DNA of 64,000 nt from Betaproteobacteria bacterium (lineage in GTDB: Bacteria; Pseudomonadota; Gammaproteobacteria; Burkholderiales; SG8-39): the NCBI GenBank assembly GCA_009693335.1, contig SHXK01000002.1, positions 339 to 64,338 of the forward strand, read 5' to 3'. The position numbers and the translations under genes are program-made. Positions 38,937 to 48,892 of this stretch are shown here, in pieces (within the stretch, counting starts at the first letter, position 1; each line of letters begins with the position of its first letter). Below the pieces are notes generated by a model. That model was not told the DNA's origin. It was given only the letters and a program-made list of their open reading frames with translations, and ran no database searches.

Positions 38937-39775
38937 GACGCACTCCTTGCTTTGATGCTTCTGAACTTTCTGGTGGTTTCGGTGATGGCCCGTTCCGTTG
39001 GCAAGCGCTCCATGCTGGAGGCACCGTAGAAGCCGTTGCAGGCCGGGCAGTTCCTGAGAATGAAGCTGGCGTCCTTGGGCTCAGCGATCGGCCCGCCGTG
39101 GCACAAAACGATCACCTCGGGGCTGACCGCGCGCGCCGCCGCTGCCCAGCGCTCGATCAGCGGCACGCAATCCTTCAGCTTGCGCGCGGTCCCGGCACCG
39201 ATTGCGCCGCCCGTAGTGAGGCCAAGGTGGCAGACGATGATGTCAGCGCCCGCTTTCGCCATGTCGCGCGCATTGTCCTCTGAGAACACGTAGGGCGTCG
39301 TCAGCAGAGCCAATTCACGAGCTGTCTTGATGACTTCCACTTCCAGCGCATAACCCATGCCGGTCTCCTCGAGCTGAGCGCGGATCGTGCCGTCGAACAA
39401 CCCCACCGTGGGAAAGTTCTGGATGCCAGAAAAACCAAGCTCGCAAAGGGTCTTTAAGAAGTGTTCTTTTATTAGAAATGGATCAGTGCCATTGACGCCC
39501 GCCAGCACGGGCGTCCGCTGCACCACCGGCAGCACTTCGCGCGCCATGTCCAGCACGATGTCGTTGGCGTTGCCGTAGGCCATCAAGCCCGCTAGCGATC
39601 CGCGGCCCGCCATGCGGTAGCGGCCCGAGTTGTAGATTACGATCAAGTCGATGCCGCCCGCCTCCTCGCATTTCGCGGACAGTCCGGTGCCGGCGCCGCC
39701 GCCAATGATGGGTTCGCGGCGCTTCACCTTAGCGCGCAGTTTCTTCAAGATCTCGTCGCGCGGGATGCGGGCCAT
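38933..39775 (-). CDS. Phosphoenolpyruvate hydrolase-like TIM-barrel protein (partner of UPF0261/Tm-1-like proteins)
   Basis: [57 protein letters not shown] is the typical N-terminus of this family. Confidence 0.8.
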   Translation of the reverse strand: MARIPRDEILKKLRAKVKRREPIIGGGAGTGLSAKCEEAGGIDLIVIYNSGRYRMAGRGSLAGLMAYGNANDIVLDMAREVLPVVQRTPVLAGVNGTDPFLIKEHFLKTLCELGFSGIQNFPTVGLFDGTIRAQLEETGMGYALEVEVIKTARELALLTTPYVFSEDNARDMAKAGADIIVCHLGLTTGGAIGAGTARKLKDCVPLIERWAAAARAVSPEVIVLCHGGPIAEPKDASFILRNCPACNGFYGASSMERLPTERAITETTRKFRSIKARSAS

Positions 39776-41946
39776 GCGCCCTGTCCTTCCTTTTTCTCGA
39801 TCTCCCGGAAATTCGCCGCCAGTGCGGCCGCGAATGCGGGGTCGTTGATGTGGTGAGGCAAGCGAAGCAGTTTTCTGCTTGCGCTGGCAATGAAATCCTT
39901 GGCAATCGAATCGAACAGCGCCTTGTCCGCCGCCGGGTCCCAGAACGGGCCATTAGGCTGGTCCAGACCCGAGACGCCGCCCTCGGGGATCAGGAACCTG
40001 ACCGGGCCTTCCATGCGATTGAGTTTGGCGGCGATGAAACCACCGATCTTGGTGTTCTCATCCGGTGTGGTGCGCATCAGCGTTACATTGGCGTTGTGGT
40101 GGTGCAAGCGCCGGCCGCGGAACGGTGCCGGCACCGTGTCCATGGCCCAGAAATTCACCATGTCGAGCGCGCCACAGGAGCCGACGTAAGGTACGCGCGC
40201 GCGCGCGATGGTGTCCATGCGCTGCGGGCCCGCGCTCAGCACTCCACCCACCACCTCATCGGCGATCTCGGTGGTGGTGACATCAATCACTGCCGACAGC
40301 AGTCTCGATTCCACCAGTTTTTCCATCGACTGGCCCCCGGTGCCGGTGGCATGGAACACGATGCAGTCATGGTCCGCCTCCAGCAGCGGCGTCAGGGCCT
40401 GCACGCAGAGCGTGGTCAGACCGAACATGGTTATGCCGATGGCCGGTTTTGTATCGACCGCAACCTTGTCTTTAGCCGAATACGCGATCATGCCGGCGAG
40501 CGCATGCGCGGCGTTTGCCAGCACTTTCTCGGATATGCGATTGATGCCCGCAACGTCGGTGACTGAATACATCATGCAGATGTCGGCGGGCCCAACGTAG
40601 GGCTTGACATCGCCGGAGGCCACCGTCGAGACCATCACCTTGGGCACGCCGACGGCCAAGCGCCGCATCGCTTGGGTAGCGAGCGCGGTATTGCCCGAGC
40701 CGCCGGCCGAAATCAAACCGCCTAGGTCGCGCCTGCGGGCGATGAAATGCTCGAAAGCCAGCGCCATCTCAGTGACCGCGCTACCGCGCTCACCAGTGAA
40801 CACCGCCCGTTCGCCCTGCGGATGGCAGCGCGCCACTTCGCGCGGATGCACCATCGCGGCGGAGGGCTTGCCCGAGGTGGAGATATCCACGGTCACCACG
40901 CGCAGGCCGAGCTTCTCAATGCAAGTGCGCAGATAGCCCAGTTCCCGGCCCTTGGTGTCGAAGGTGCCCGCGACATAGGCGGCGCGCCCGGCGCTCGCGG
41001 CCACTGGAAACTCGACGACTTTGGGTTCGTTTGCTTTTGCTTTCTGTGCCTCTTTTCCAGCGGACTCCTCAAGCGGACGATCGACATCCACCGATCCCCA
41101 GCGGGTGTAGCCGCGCACCGCGCGCGGCTCAGGCGCCGGCTCCGGGACTTGGGCGCCTGCGGCCCTTTTTACCGTGTATACCCTGACCTCTCCCGCCACC
41201 TGGGACTGGGCCTCCGGAGCGGCTTCTTCTTCCTCTGCGGCTCTCACCCCCAGTAGCCGCTGCTGCAAGCTACGGTCCCCGGCAAGTTGGCTCACCGGCA
41301 TCGAGCGCGCGATGCGCCCGTTCACCATTACATCCACGGTATCCGCCACCGCAATGGCGACGCCCAGATTCTGCTCAATCAGCAGCACCGAAATCTCGCC
41401 ATCGGCCACCAGCGACTTGAGCATCGCCTCAACTTGCTGCACGATCACCGGCGCTAGACCCTCGGTGGGCTCATCCATCACCAACAGCTTTGGCTTAAGC
41501 AGGAGCGCGCGCGCGATGGCGAGCATCTGCTGCTCACCGCCCGAGAGCTGCGCGCCGCCATTGGCTTTTCTTTCGGCGAGCCTCGGGAATGTCGCGTAGA
41601 TGCGCGCTACGGTCCATGGTCCATTGCTGTTCTTCCCTCTTGAGGACAGCAAAAGATGCTCGTGAACCGTGAGCGACGACCAGACGCGCCGGCCTTGCGG
41701 CACGTAGGCCACCCCCAGGTCGGTGATACGGTGGGGTGCGAGGCCCAAGATCTCCTTGCCGAACAAGCGCACGCTGCCGGTCGCACGGATCAGGCCGGTC
41801 AGCGCGTTACAAAGCGTGGTCTTGCCCATGCCATTGCGGCCTACAACAGCGCGCACGCCCTGGTCCAGGGCCAGAGAAACTTCCTGCAGCGCGTGAGCGC
41901 GGCCGTAGTGGACGTCCAGTTTTTCGATCACCAGAACAGGACTCAT
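39745..41946 (-). CDS. Fusion protein: LivF-type ABC ATPase (N-terminal) + Tm-1-like/UPF0261 ATP-binding domain (C-terminal)
   Basis: Residues 1 to about 235 carry Walker [10 protein letters not shown], signature [15 protein letters not shown] and Walker [11 protein letters not shown]. An acidic/Pro-rich linker of about 85 aa follows. From about residue 320: [14 protein letters not shown]...[10 protein letters not shown]...MVSTVASGD (UPF0261 pattern). Confidence 0.85.
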   Translation of the reverse strand: MSPVLVIEKLDVHYGRAHALQEVSLALDQGVRAVVGRNGMGKTTLCNALTGLIRATGSVRLFGKEILGLAPHRITDLGVAYVPQGRRVWSSLTVHEHLLLSSRGKNSNGPWTVARIYATFPRLAERKANGGAQLSGGEQQMLAIARALLLKPKLLVMDEPTEGLAPVIVQQVEAMLKSLVADGEISVLLIEQNLGVAIAVADTVDVMVNGRIARSMPVSQLAGDRSLQQRLLGVRAAEEEEAAPEAQSQVAGEVRVYTVKRAAGAQVPEPAPEPRAVRGYTRWGSVDVDRPLEESAGKEAQKAKANEPKVVEFPVAASAGRAAYVAGTFDTKGRELGYLRTCIEKLGLRVVTVDISTSGKPSAAMVHPREVARCHPQGERAVFTGERGSAVTEMALAFEHFIARRRDLGGLISAGGSGNTALATQAMRRLAVGVPKVMVSTVASGDVKPYVGPADICMMYSVTDVAGINRISEKVLANAAHALAGMIAYSAKDKVAVDTKPAIGITMFGLTTLCVQALTPLLEADHDCIVFHATGTGGQSMEKLVESRLLSAVIDVTTTEIADEVVGGVLSAGPQRMDTIARARVPYVGSCGALDMVNFWAMDTVPAPFRGRRLHHHNANVTLMRTTPDENTKIGGFIAAKLNRMEGPVRFLIPEGGVSGLDQPNGPFWDPAADKALFDSIAKDFIASASRKLLRLPHHINDPAFAAALAANFREIEKKEGQGAWPASRATRS

Positions 41947-42722
41947 GCGTGCCCCGCCTGGCCCATGTAAATTTCCTGCACCTCAGCATCGTTCTCGATC
42001 TCGGCTGGCGTACCTTCCTTCAGCATCCGGCCGTTGTGCATCACCGTGACGCGGCTCACCACCCGCAACGCGATTTCAAGATCGTGTTCAATGAGGATGA
42101 AGCTCATGTGCGCGGGCAGCGCGGTCAACAGCGCCACCAACTCGCGGCGCTCGGCGAGCGACAGCCCGGCGGCCGGCTCGTCGAACAGGATCAGGCGCGG
42201 CGCGCCGGCCAGCGCCATGCCGATCTCCAGTTGGCGCTGTTGGCCGTGCGACAGCGAGGCGACGGACTCATCGCCCACGTGCGTCAAGCGCACGCGCTCA
42301 AGAATGTCTTCGGTACTCTGGCTTTTCCCGGACCTGCGGAAACTGAAACGACCGCGGGAAACGCCCCTCACGGCAAGAAACAGGTTGTCCCGCACCGTGA
42401 GATCGCGGAACAGTAACGAAGACTGATAGGTGCGCCGCATGCCCGCCCGGATGCGCTCGTAGGGCGGGTGTGCGGTCACGTCGTCGCCGAAAAAGCGCAC
42501 GCGGCCGGCGCTGGCCGCGTAGTCGCCCATGATCACATTGAACAACGTAGTTTTGCCCGCACCGTTGGCGCCGATCACCGCCCTGCGCTCACCCGCGGCG
42601 ACCGAGAATGAGAAGTTCTCGACCGCCCTGAGTGCGCCAAAGCTGCGTGACACGCCCTCCAACCGGAGTGCGTCCCCGGTCGAGAGCAGTTCGCGCGGCT
42701 GCAGTTCGGCGATCGATGCCAT
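41943..42722 (-). CDS. ABC transporter ATP-binding protein (LivG type)
   Basis: [38 protein letters not shown] overlap with the downstream fusion gene. Confidence 0.9.
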   Translation of the reverse strand: MASIAELQPRELLSTGDALRLEGVSRSFGALRAVENFSFSVAAGERRAVIGANGAGKTTLFNVIMGDYAASAGRVRFFGDDVTAHPPYERIRAGMRRTYQSSLLFRDLTVRDNLFLAVRGVSRGRFSFRRSGKSQSTEDILERVRLTHVGDESVASLSHGQQRQLEIGMALAGAPRLILFDEPAAGLSLAERRELVALLTALPAHMSFILIEHDLEIALRVVSRVTVMHNGRMLKEGTPAEIENDAEVQEIYMGQAGHA

Positions 42723-42743
42723 GGTGCGTTTGTCGCCCCTAGC

Positions 42744-43988
42744 CTAGGGGCAACTCGGCTCGTCGCGCGAACCCATCTTGAAGTCTTCCTTCTTGATGCC
42801 CAGTGTCTGATCGATGCCATCAACTTTGCGCAGGACTTTGTTGAACAAATTACCCTTGGCATCTTTCACCACTTCCGTGACGAAGGTGGAGCCGATCGCC
42901 TGGCGGTTCGAGTCCAAGCGAACTTCTCCCACCGGGGTCTTCAGGACCATTTTCTGCAGCGCCTCGCGGTACTTCGCCTGGCCGCCGGAAAGATCGCCCT
43001 TGACCGCGTCCAGCCCATCCAGCGCCGCTTTCATGTTGATGTAGTACACGAGGGCAAACAGCGACGGGCTCGGATAGCCGCCGGCCGACACCGGGTAGTT
43101 CTTCTGGTAGTCGGCGACGAAGGCCTTGAACTCGGGCGCGTCGTAGGCGTCGGCAATTGGCGAGCCGGCAATGGTGCCGACCAGCGAGTCCCGGCGCTTG
43201 CCCTTGTAGTTGAGGATGTCCTGGCTGACCGTGATCGATCCGCCGACCATCGGCTTGTTACCGCCGGAGGCCTCGTACTGGTTGAGGAAGTTCACGGCAT
43301 CGGCACCGCCCAGTACCACCACCAATGCGTCCACGTCATTGGGGATGCGCGCGATCACCGACGAGTAGTCCTTGCCGCCCAGTGGCACCCAGGCCTTGAC
43401 CGGCACCTTGCCGCCCAAACGGCAGTACTCGGACATAAAGCCCTGCACCTGCGAGTACGGGAAAGCATAATCCTCGGCGATCACCATCACCCGCTTGTAG
43501 CCCTTGTCGAGCGCCGCCTTGCCCAGGCCCACCATCCACTGCGCGCCTTCCGTGTTGAAGCGGAAGAAGTTCTGCGAGGGATTGACCAGCGTAGCCGCTT
43601 GCGCACCTGAAGAGCCATTGATGAAGGTGATGTTGGGCTGGGTCTTGGAGTAGTCCTTGACCGCGATGCCCTCGCCACCCGAGAGCGGGCCGACCATGAT
43701 GTCGACCTTATCCTGCTCGACCAGTTTTCGCGTTGCGTTCACCGCGACGTCGGGCTTGGCGTCAGACGAGGCCTTGATGAGCTCGATCTTCTTGCCACCG
43801 GCCATGCCGTTGCGCTGCTTCAATGCCAGTTCGGCGCCGCGCATACCGTCCGCGCCGCCGGCAGCGAACGGGCCTTCTAGGGTGGCCAGCAGCCCGATTT
43901 TCACGGTCTGCTGCGAATACACCGCTCCGGAGAACGCGGCCAGAACGGCCGCGCCCACCAGCGTGTGGACAAACGCTCTTTTCTTCAT
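42744..43988 (-). CDS. ABC transporter periplasmic substrate-binding protein (LivK/amide-urea cluster)
   Basis: Signal peptide then VKIGLLATLEGPFAAGGADGMRGAELAL. Type I periplasmic binding fold pattern. Confidence 0.9.
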   Translation of the reverse strand: MKKRAFVHTLVGAAVLAAFSGAVYSQQTVKIGLLATLEGPFAAGGADGMRGAELALKQRNGMAGGKKIELIKASSDAKPDVAVNATRKLVEQDKVDIMVGPLSGGEGIAVKDYSKTQPNITFINGSSGAQAATLVNPSQNFFRFNTEGAQWMVGLGKAALDKGYKRVMVIAEDYAFPYSQVQGFMSEYCRLGGKVPVKAWVPLGGKDYSSVIARIPNDVDALVVVLGGADAVNFLNQYEASGGNKPMVGGSITVSQDILNYKGKRRDSLVGTIAGSPIADAYDAPEFKAFVADYQKNYPVSAGGYPSPSLFALVYYINMKAALDGLDAVKGDLSGGQAKYREALQKMVLKTPVGEVRLDSNRQAIGSTFVTEVVKDAKGNLFNKVLRKVDGIDQTLGIKKEDFKMGSRDEPSCP

Positions 43989-45085
43989 CTGCTATCTCCT
44001 CTAGGGGTTAAGGACTTCGATCTACTCGCAAAACGCAACTTCAAGGCCGCCCACAAGCCAAGCAGGCCGTCCGGCGAAAACAACACGATGGCAAGGAACA
44101 CGCCGCCAATCACGAGGTTGAAACGCTCGCGGTCGATCAGGTCGATGGCGAAGGTCTGCAGCAGCACGAACACGACGGCGCCAATGAAAGGGCCGACCGG
44201 ATGGCGCAGGCCGCCGAGTACCGCGATGATGAGGATATTGATCAGCCAGCTGGTGCCGGCCGAGTTGGGCGTGATCAGGCCGTTGTACCAGACCAGCAGC
44301 ACGCCGCCAACCGCAGCCAGGATGCCAGCTACCGCATAGGCCGCGATGCGGTGCGCGGTGACATGGAAGCCGAGCGCATTCATGCGGCGCGGATTGTCGC
44401 GGATGCCCTGCAAGGCGACCCCGAATGGCGCGCGCAGCAGGTACTTGATAAAGAAATAGCCCGCCAGCGACCAGAACAGCACCAAGTGGTAGAACGGCAA
44501 GGGGTCGCGCCAGTTGATGCCCAATAGTTTCGGCGGATGGACCTGCTGGAAACCCTGGAATCCATTGAATATGGAGTAGTTCTGCAAGCACAGATAGTAG
44601 AACGCGACCCCAACCGCCAGCGTGATCATGATGGTATAGATGCCTTCGGTGCGCACCGATAGCCAGCCGATAAAGGCGCCGGCAAGGGTCGCGATGGCAA
44701 TCGCCAGCGGCACCACCACCCACCAAGGCCAACCGAGGCTGATTTCCGGGGTGCCGCTGGTGCCGAGGATACCGACCATATAACCCGCCACACCGGCCAC
44801 TGTCATCTGCGCCAACGAAATCATGCCGCCGTAGCCGCCAAGAAAGGTAAGCGACAAGGCAATCAGACCGAGCGTCAACGATTGCGCGCCGACCTGGAAG
44901 GTAAGGAACGGCGTCGCAATCCACGGAAAGACCAGTAACGCGGCGAGAACCAAGACGTGGCGCACGCGAATGGGATTTTGAAATGAATGTGCTGTTACTT
45001 GAGGTCTTGGCGCCGCCACGGATTTGCCCATGGCAAGACGGCCAGAACCCGCATTCATGGCATTGCGCCACTCGGCTGCGCTCAT
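43985..45085 (-). CDS. Branched-chain-type ABC permease (LivM-like)
   Basis: Polytopic membrane protein. ATGA overlaps at both ends. Confidence 0.82.
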   Translation of the reverse strand: MSAAEWRNAMNAGSGRLAMGKSVAAPRPQVTAHSFQNPIRVRHVLVLAALLVFPWIATPFLTFQVGAQSLTLGLIALSLTFLGGYGGMISLAQMTVAGVAGYMVGILGTSGTPEISLGWPWWVVVPLAIAIATLAGAFIGWLSVRTEGIYTIMITLAVGVAFYYLCLQNYSIFNGFQGFQQVHPPKLLGINWRDPLPFYHLVLFWSLAGYFFIKYLLRAPFGVALQGIRDNPRRMNALGFHVTAHRIAAYAVAGILAAVGGVLLVWYNGLITPNSAGTSWLINILIIAVLGGLRHPVGPFIGAVVFVLLQTFAIDLIDRERFNLVIGGVFLAIVLFSPDGLLGLWAALKLRFASRSKSLTPRGDSR

Positions 45086-46029
45086 GCCGCCTGCCCCAGG
45101 ATGCCGCGCGGGCGGAAAGCCAGCACCAGCACCAGGATCACGAAAGTGAACACCACACTGTAGGTCGGCGCGTAGGCGAGGCCGTAAGTTTCGGCGACCC
45201 CGAGGATGATCGCGCCGACCCCCGCTCCGACCACGCTACCCATGCCGCCCACGATCACCACGATGAGGGAGGCGAGCAACAGGCGCACATCCTCGCCCGG
45301 CACCATCGAGAGCTCGACCGCGCCGATGACGCCGCCGAAGCCGGCCAGGCCGGCGCCAATGGCGAAGGTGGCGGCGAACACTAGGTTCACATTGACCCCG
45401 GTGGCCGCAAGCATGGCGCGGTCATCCACGCCGGCGCGGATCATCATGCCGACGCGGGTGCGGTTCAGGAACAGCCACAGCAGCACACCGATGATGAGAC
45501 CCAGCGGCAGCAACGCCATGCGGTACTTTGAATAAGCCGTGATCAGAGGAATATCGCGCAGGGGTCCGACCAGCCATTCCGGCGCGCTCATCTGGTGCAC
45601 CTGCGCGCCGATTCCCCACATTAGCAGGTCGGCGATGACGATCGACAGACCGATGGTCACCATAGTCTGGCGCAGGTCCTCGCCCTGCATGCTGCGGAAG
45701 ATCGCTACCTGCATCAACAAGCCCACCAGCGCCGCGACCAGGAACCCAGCGATGAGCGCCAGCAGGAAGAAACCGGTCATTTCGGCGACAAAGTAACCGA
45801 CGTAGCCGCCCAGCAGATAGAGCGAGCCATGCGCGAGGTTGACGTTGCGCATCAGGCCGAACACCAGCGTGAAGCCGCTGGCGACGATGAAATACAGCGA
45901 CGCCAGCGTGAGGCCGTTGAGCATCGTGATGAAGAACAGCTTGGTGTTGTCCCAGATCGCCCAGACGGCAAAGACCGCTAGCGGCACCACCAGCACCAGG
46001 CTCCAGAACCATTTCCAAAAACGGCTCAT
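45082..46029 (-). CDS. Branched-chain-type ABC permease (LivH-like)
   Basis: LNGLTLASLYFIVASGFTLVFGLMRNVNLAHGS is a typical LivH N-terminal pattern. Confidence 0.9.
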   Translation of the reverse strand: MSRFWKWFWSLVLVVPLAVFAVWAIWDNTKLFFITMLNGLTLASLYFIVASGFTLVFGLMRNVNLAHGSLYLLGGYVGYFVAEMTGFFLLALIAGFLVAALVGLLMQVAIFRSMQGEDLRQTMVTIGLSIVIADLLMWGIGAQVHQMSAPEWLVGPLRDIPLITAYSKYRMALLPLGLIIGVLLWLFLNRTRVGMMIRAGVDDRAMLAATGVNVNLVFAATFAIGAGLAGFGGVIGAVELSMVPGEDVRLLLASLIVVIVGGMGSVVGAGVGAIILGVAETYGLAYAPTYSVVFTFVILVLVLAFRPRGILGQAA

Positions 46030-46048
46030 GCCGTTCCTTTACGTTTGC

Positions 46049-47338
46049 TCACGCGGCGCTCTGGCTCCAACGGGTACGGGCGGAATGGATTTCAGGCGCC
46101 TTGTGGAACTGGCCGTCTTTCATGATCGCGAGCAGCTTGGCCGGCTGTTGCAGGATCGCAATATTCGACAGCGGGTCGCCGTCCACCAGCAGCAGGTCGG
46201 CAAGCCAGCCTTCCCTGATCTCGCCCAGCTCCTTGCCTTTCATCATCATCTGCCCACCCCAGCGCGTGCAGGAGACGAGGACCTCCATCGGCGTCATGCC
46301 CAGGTACTTGACGAAATACTCCAGATCCTTGGCGTTCTCGCCGTGCGGCGCCCAGGCGAAACCGTAGTCGCCGCCGGGCAGCACCCGGATACCACGCTTG
46401 AGCATCGCTTTCATGCTGTTCACCGCGGCCTCGAGCTCCAACTCGTAGCCCATCTTCTTGGCGATCTGGTTGGTGATGCCGACGACCTCGCCCTCGTGCA
46501 GCAGCCGGATGATCACCGACAGGGCGGGAGCGACGAAAATCCGGTCCTTCTGCGCTTCCAGCAGATCGAGCGCCTCTTCGTCGGCGAAGCTGGCGTGGTA
46601 GATGATCTCGAAGCCGTGCCGCATGGCCTGCTTGATTGACTCCGAGGAACGCGCGTGGCAGGACAGGCGCTTGCCGCGCACCTTGGTTTCCCGGGCCGCG
46701 ATCGCCACTTCCTCGTCACTCATCCAGGTGGTCTTGGCGTCGGCGCCCGGGACCAGGTTGTCACCCGAAAGGTTGAGCTTGATCGAGTCGACGCCGTACT
46801 TGAGGAACATGCGTACTGCCTTGCGCATCTCCTCTGGCCCGTCCACCACGCAACCGAACGACATCTCCGGGTACGGCAGGTGCGGCAGCATGTCGTCACC
46901 GAGCGACCCGGTGACGGTGATCTCCTGGCTCGCGGCCAGATAGCGCGGCCCGGGAATCTGCCCGGAGTTGATGGCATCGCGGATCACGCAATCGAGGCGC
47001 GGCTTGGGCGTCGCCGCGCCTACGCAGGAGGTCCAGCCGCAGTCGAGGTATTGCTTCGCCACCTGCGCCGCCCAGAGCGTGTGCTCTTCGTGCGGCATTT
47101 TCTGGATCGCGTCGAGTGTGGTGGAGTTGGTCCAGGCGAGATGGGTGTGCGCCTCAGTCATGCCCGGCATCAGCGTGGCGCCGGCGGCGTCGATCGCCGT
47201 CACCCCGGCGACCGGCAAGCTGCGCGCACCGCGGCCGATGCGCGAGATGCGATTGCCCTGAATCAAGACTTCACCCGCGTAAGGCTGCGCGCCCGTACCG
47301 TCGATGATGCGGACATTAGTGAACAGGGTATTCGCCAT
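46049..47338 (-). CDS. Metal-dependent amidohydrolase family protein
   Basis: The listed ORF was trimmed to the ATG at 47338. N-terminus FTNVRIIDGTG...LMPGMTEAHTHL (HxH metal motif). Confidence 0.85.
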   Translation of the reverse strand: MANTLFTNVRIIDGTGAQPYAGEVLIQGNRISRIGRGARSLPVAGVTAIDAAGATLMPGMTEAHTHLAWTNSTTLDAIQKMPHEEHTLWAAQVAKQYLDCGWTSCVGAATPKPRLDCVIRDAINSGQIPGPRYLAASQEITVTGSLGDDMLPHLPYPEMSFGCVVDGPEEMRKAVRMFLKYGVDSIKLNLSGDNLVPGADAKTTWMSDEEVAIAARETKVRGKRLSCHARSSESIKQAMRHGFEIIYHASFADEEALDLLEAQKDRIFVAPALSVIIRLLHEGEVVGITNQIAKKMGYELELEAAVNSMKAMLKRGIRVLPGGDYGFAWAPHGENAKDLEYFVKYLGMTPMEVLVSCTRWGGQMMMKGKELGEIREGWLADLLLVDGDPLSNIAILQQPAKLLAIMKDGQFHKAPEIHSARTRWSQSAA

Positions 47339-47348
47339 GAGTTTCCCC

Positions 47349-48137
47349 TTATAAAAAGCGTTGAGAATAAAAACGACCCAGCAACTCGCTGCACTCTTGC
47401 GGCTTCTCGTAGACGGTCCAATGCCCGCAACGACCAAGCACCTCGATCTGTGCGCCCGGGATCTTCTCGCCGATAGCGCGCACTGCCTGCGGTGGCGACA
47501 CGGAATCTTCATCGCCGGTGACCAGCAGCACCGGGCAGGCAATCTTCGACAAATCGGCGGACTGCGCCTCCGACAGCGCCTCGCAACTGCGCGCATAGCC
47601 CTCCGGGCACTGCCGCATGAGCGATTCACGCACCGCCGCCACCGTCACCGGACGCCTGGTACGCGTCTCGCTCGAAGTCGCCGCTTGCACGATCGCATCG
47701 GCGATCTGCTGCATGCCGGGTTCGCCGTCGCTGCGCGCTTTCGCACCGCGCGCCCGGATCGACCCGCGACTCGCATCCGTCGGCGCGCTGAGCGGACCAA
47801 ACAAAGCCAGGCTGCGCACCAACCGGGGCTCGAGCGCAGCAAGTTGCAAGGCGATGATCGTGCCCATCGAGTGCGCAACCACGTGGGCGCGTTCGACGCC
47901 GGCTGCGCCACAGACACGCATCAGCGCGCGCACGAAACGGTCCATGGATAGCGCACCCTCGACCCGGTGCGAGCGGCCCGATCCCGGCAGATCCGGACGC
48001 ACGGTGCGAAAACGAGCTAACGCCGGCAGCACCGGCGTCCAGAAGTTGGAGGTGCCGCCCAAGCCGTGGATCATGAGCACGGCATCGCCGGCCCCGTCGA
48101 TCTCGACGGCCACGCGCTCGACAAACAGGGTGCTCAC
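47349..48137 (-). CDS. Alpha/beta hydrolase (enol-lactonase-like)
   Basis: HGLGG oxyanion region and nucleophile elbow VVAHSMGT, with a C-terminal His (CGHW). GTG start. Confidence 0.85.
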   Translation of the reverse strand: MSTLFVERVAVEIDGAGDAVLMIHGLGGTSNFWTPVLPALARFRTVRPDLPGSGRSHRVEGALSMDRFVRALMRVCGAAGVERAHVVAHSMGTIIALQLAALEPRLVRSLALFGPLSAPTDASRGSIRARGAKARSDGEPGMQQIADAIVQAATSSETRTRRPVTVAAVRESLMRQCPEGYARSCEALSEAQSADLSKIACPVLLVTGDEDSVSPPQAVRAIGEKIPGAQIEVLGRCGHWTVYEKPQECSELLGRFYSQRFL

Positions 48138-48188
48138 GCCATACCCCCCCGAGGTTGCTGCGGTGCGGATGAACTGCCACTAACCAAA

Positions 48189-48212
48189 AAAATGAGACGC
48201 ACGTCTCATTTT
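48189..48212. promoter_or_regulatory. Candidate TetR operator: 11-bp inverted repeat AAAATGAGACG-CA-CGTCTCATTTT
   Basis: Perfect palindrome in the 119-bp divergent region between the hydrolase/ABC operon (start 48137) and the TetR gene (start 48257). Confidence 0.5.
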
Positions 48213-48256
48213 GCTGTGCCAGACTACGAGGCTTTCCAGCCCCCTGTCAACCTGCA

Positions 48257-48892
48257 ATGCAAAACAGCGCCACTTCCGTCTACGCCCTGCCCGATCTGGG
48301 TCAGGGACACCGCGGGCGCGTGTTCCGACGCCTCCTGGATGAGGTTGTGGCCCTAGTGCGACGGGGACGCATCCCCTCGGTGGCCGAAGTGGCTCTCGCC
48401 GCCAAGGTTTCCCGCGCCACCGCCTATCGTTACTTTCCCAGCCGCTCCAAGCTGGTGAGCGCCGTCATCGCCGAGGTGCTCGCGCCGGTGCGCCGCGCGG
48501 TGCCGCAGCAGGGCGAGCCGAAGCAGCGGCTGCGCGAGCTGCTTAAACGCACCTATTCCCGCTTCAGCGAATACGAGCCCCACATGCGGGCGGCGCTGCA
48601 GCTTGCCCTGGAGCACACGTCGCTGGAGGCCGCCGGCCTGCTGGAAGAGGAGCCCTTCCGCCGCGGTCAGCGCCAGGAGATCCTGAAAGTCACCCTCGCG
48701 CCGCTACGGGCTAAGCTCCCACCCAGAACATGGAACCGGCTGCTGAAGGCACTTGCGGTGGTGTATGGAATCGAGTCCATGATTGTTCTCAAGGATATCT
48801 GCGGCGCGAGCGACCGCGAGACCGAGGCGGTGGTGGGCTGGATGATGGACGCGCTGGTGGACGCGGCGCTACGGGATAAAATCAAGAAGTGA
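48257..48892 (+). CDS. TetR/AcrR family transcriptional regulator
   Basis: N-terminal HTH SVAEVALAAKVSRATAYRYFPSRSKL. Confidence 0.85.
   Translation: MQNSATSVYALPDLGQGHRGRVFRRLLDEVVALVRRGRIPSVAEVALAAKVSRATAYRYFPSRSKLVSAVIAEVLAPVRRAVPQQGEPKQRLRELLKRTYSRFSEYEPHMRAALQLALEHTSLEAAGLLEEEPFRRGQRQEILKVTLAPLRAKLPPRTWNRLLKALAVVYGIESMIVLKDICGASDRETEAVVGWMMDALVDAALRDKIKK

Noticed and set aside
42734-42750. Palindrome GCCCCTAG-C-CTAGGGGC at the binding-protein stop as a terminator, and the nearby single AACGCAC heptamer as a third copy of the repeated motif.
   Set aside because: There is no U-tract and the effective stem is only about 5 bp. A lone 7-mer is expected by chance several times in 64 kb.
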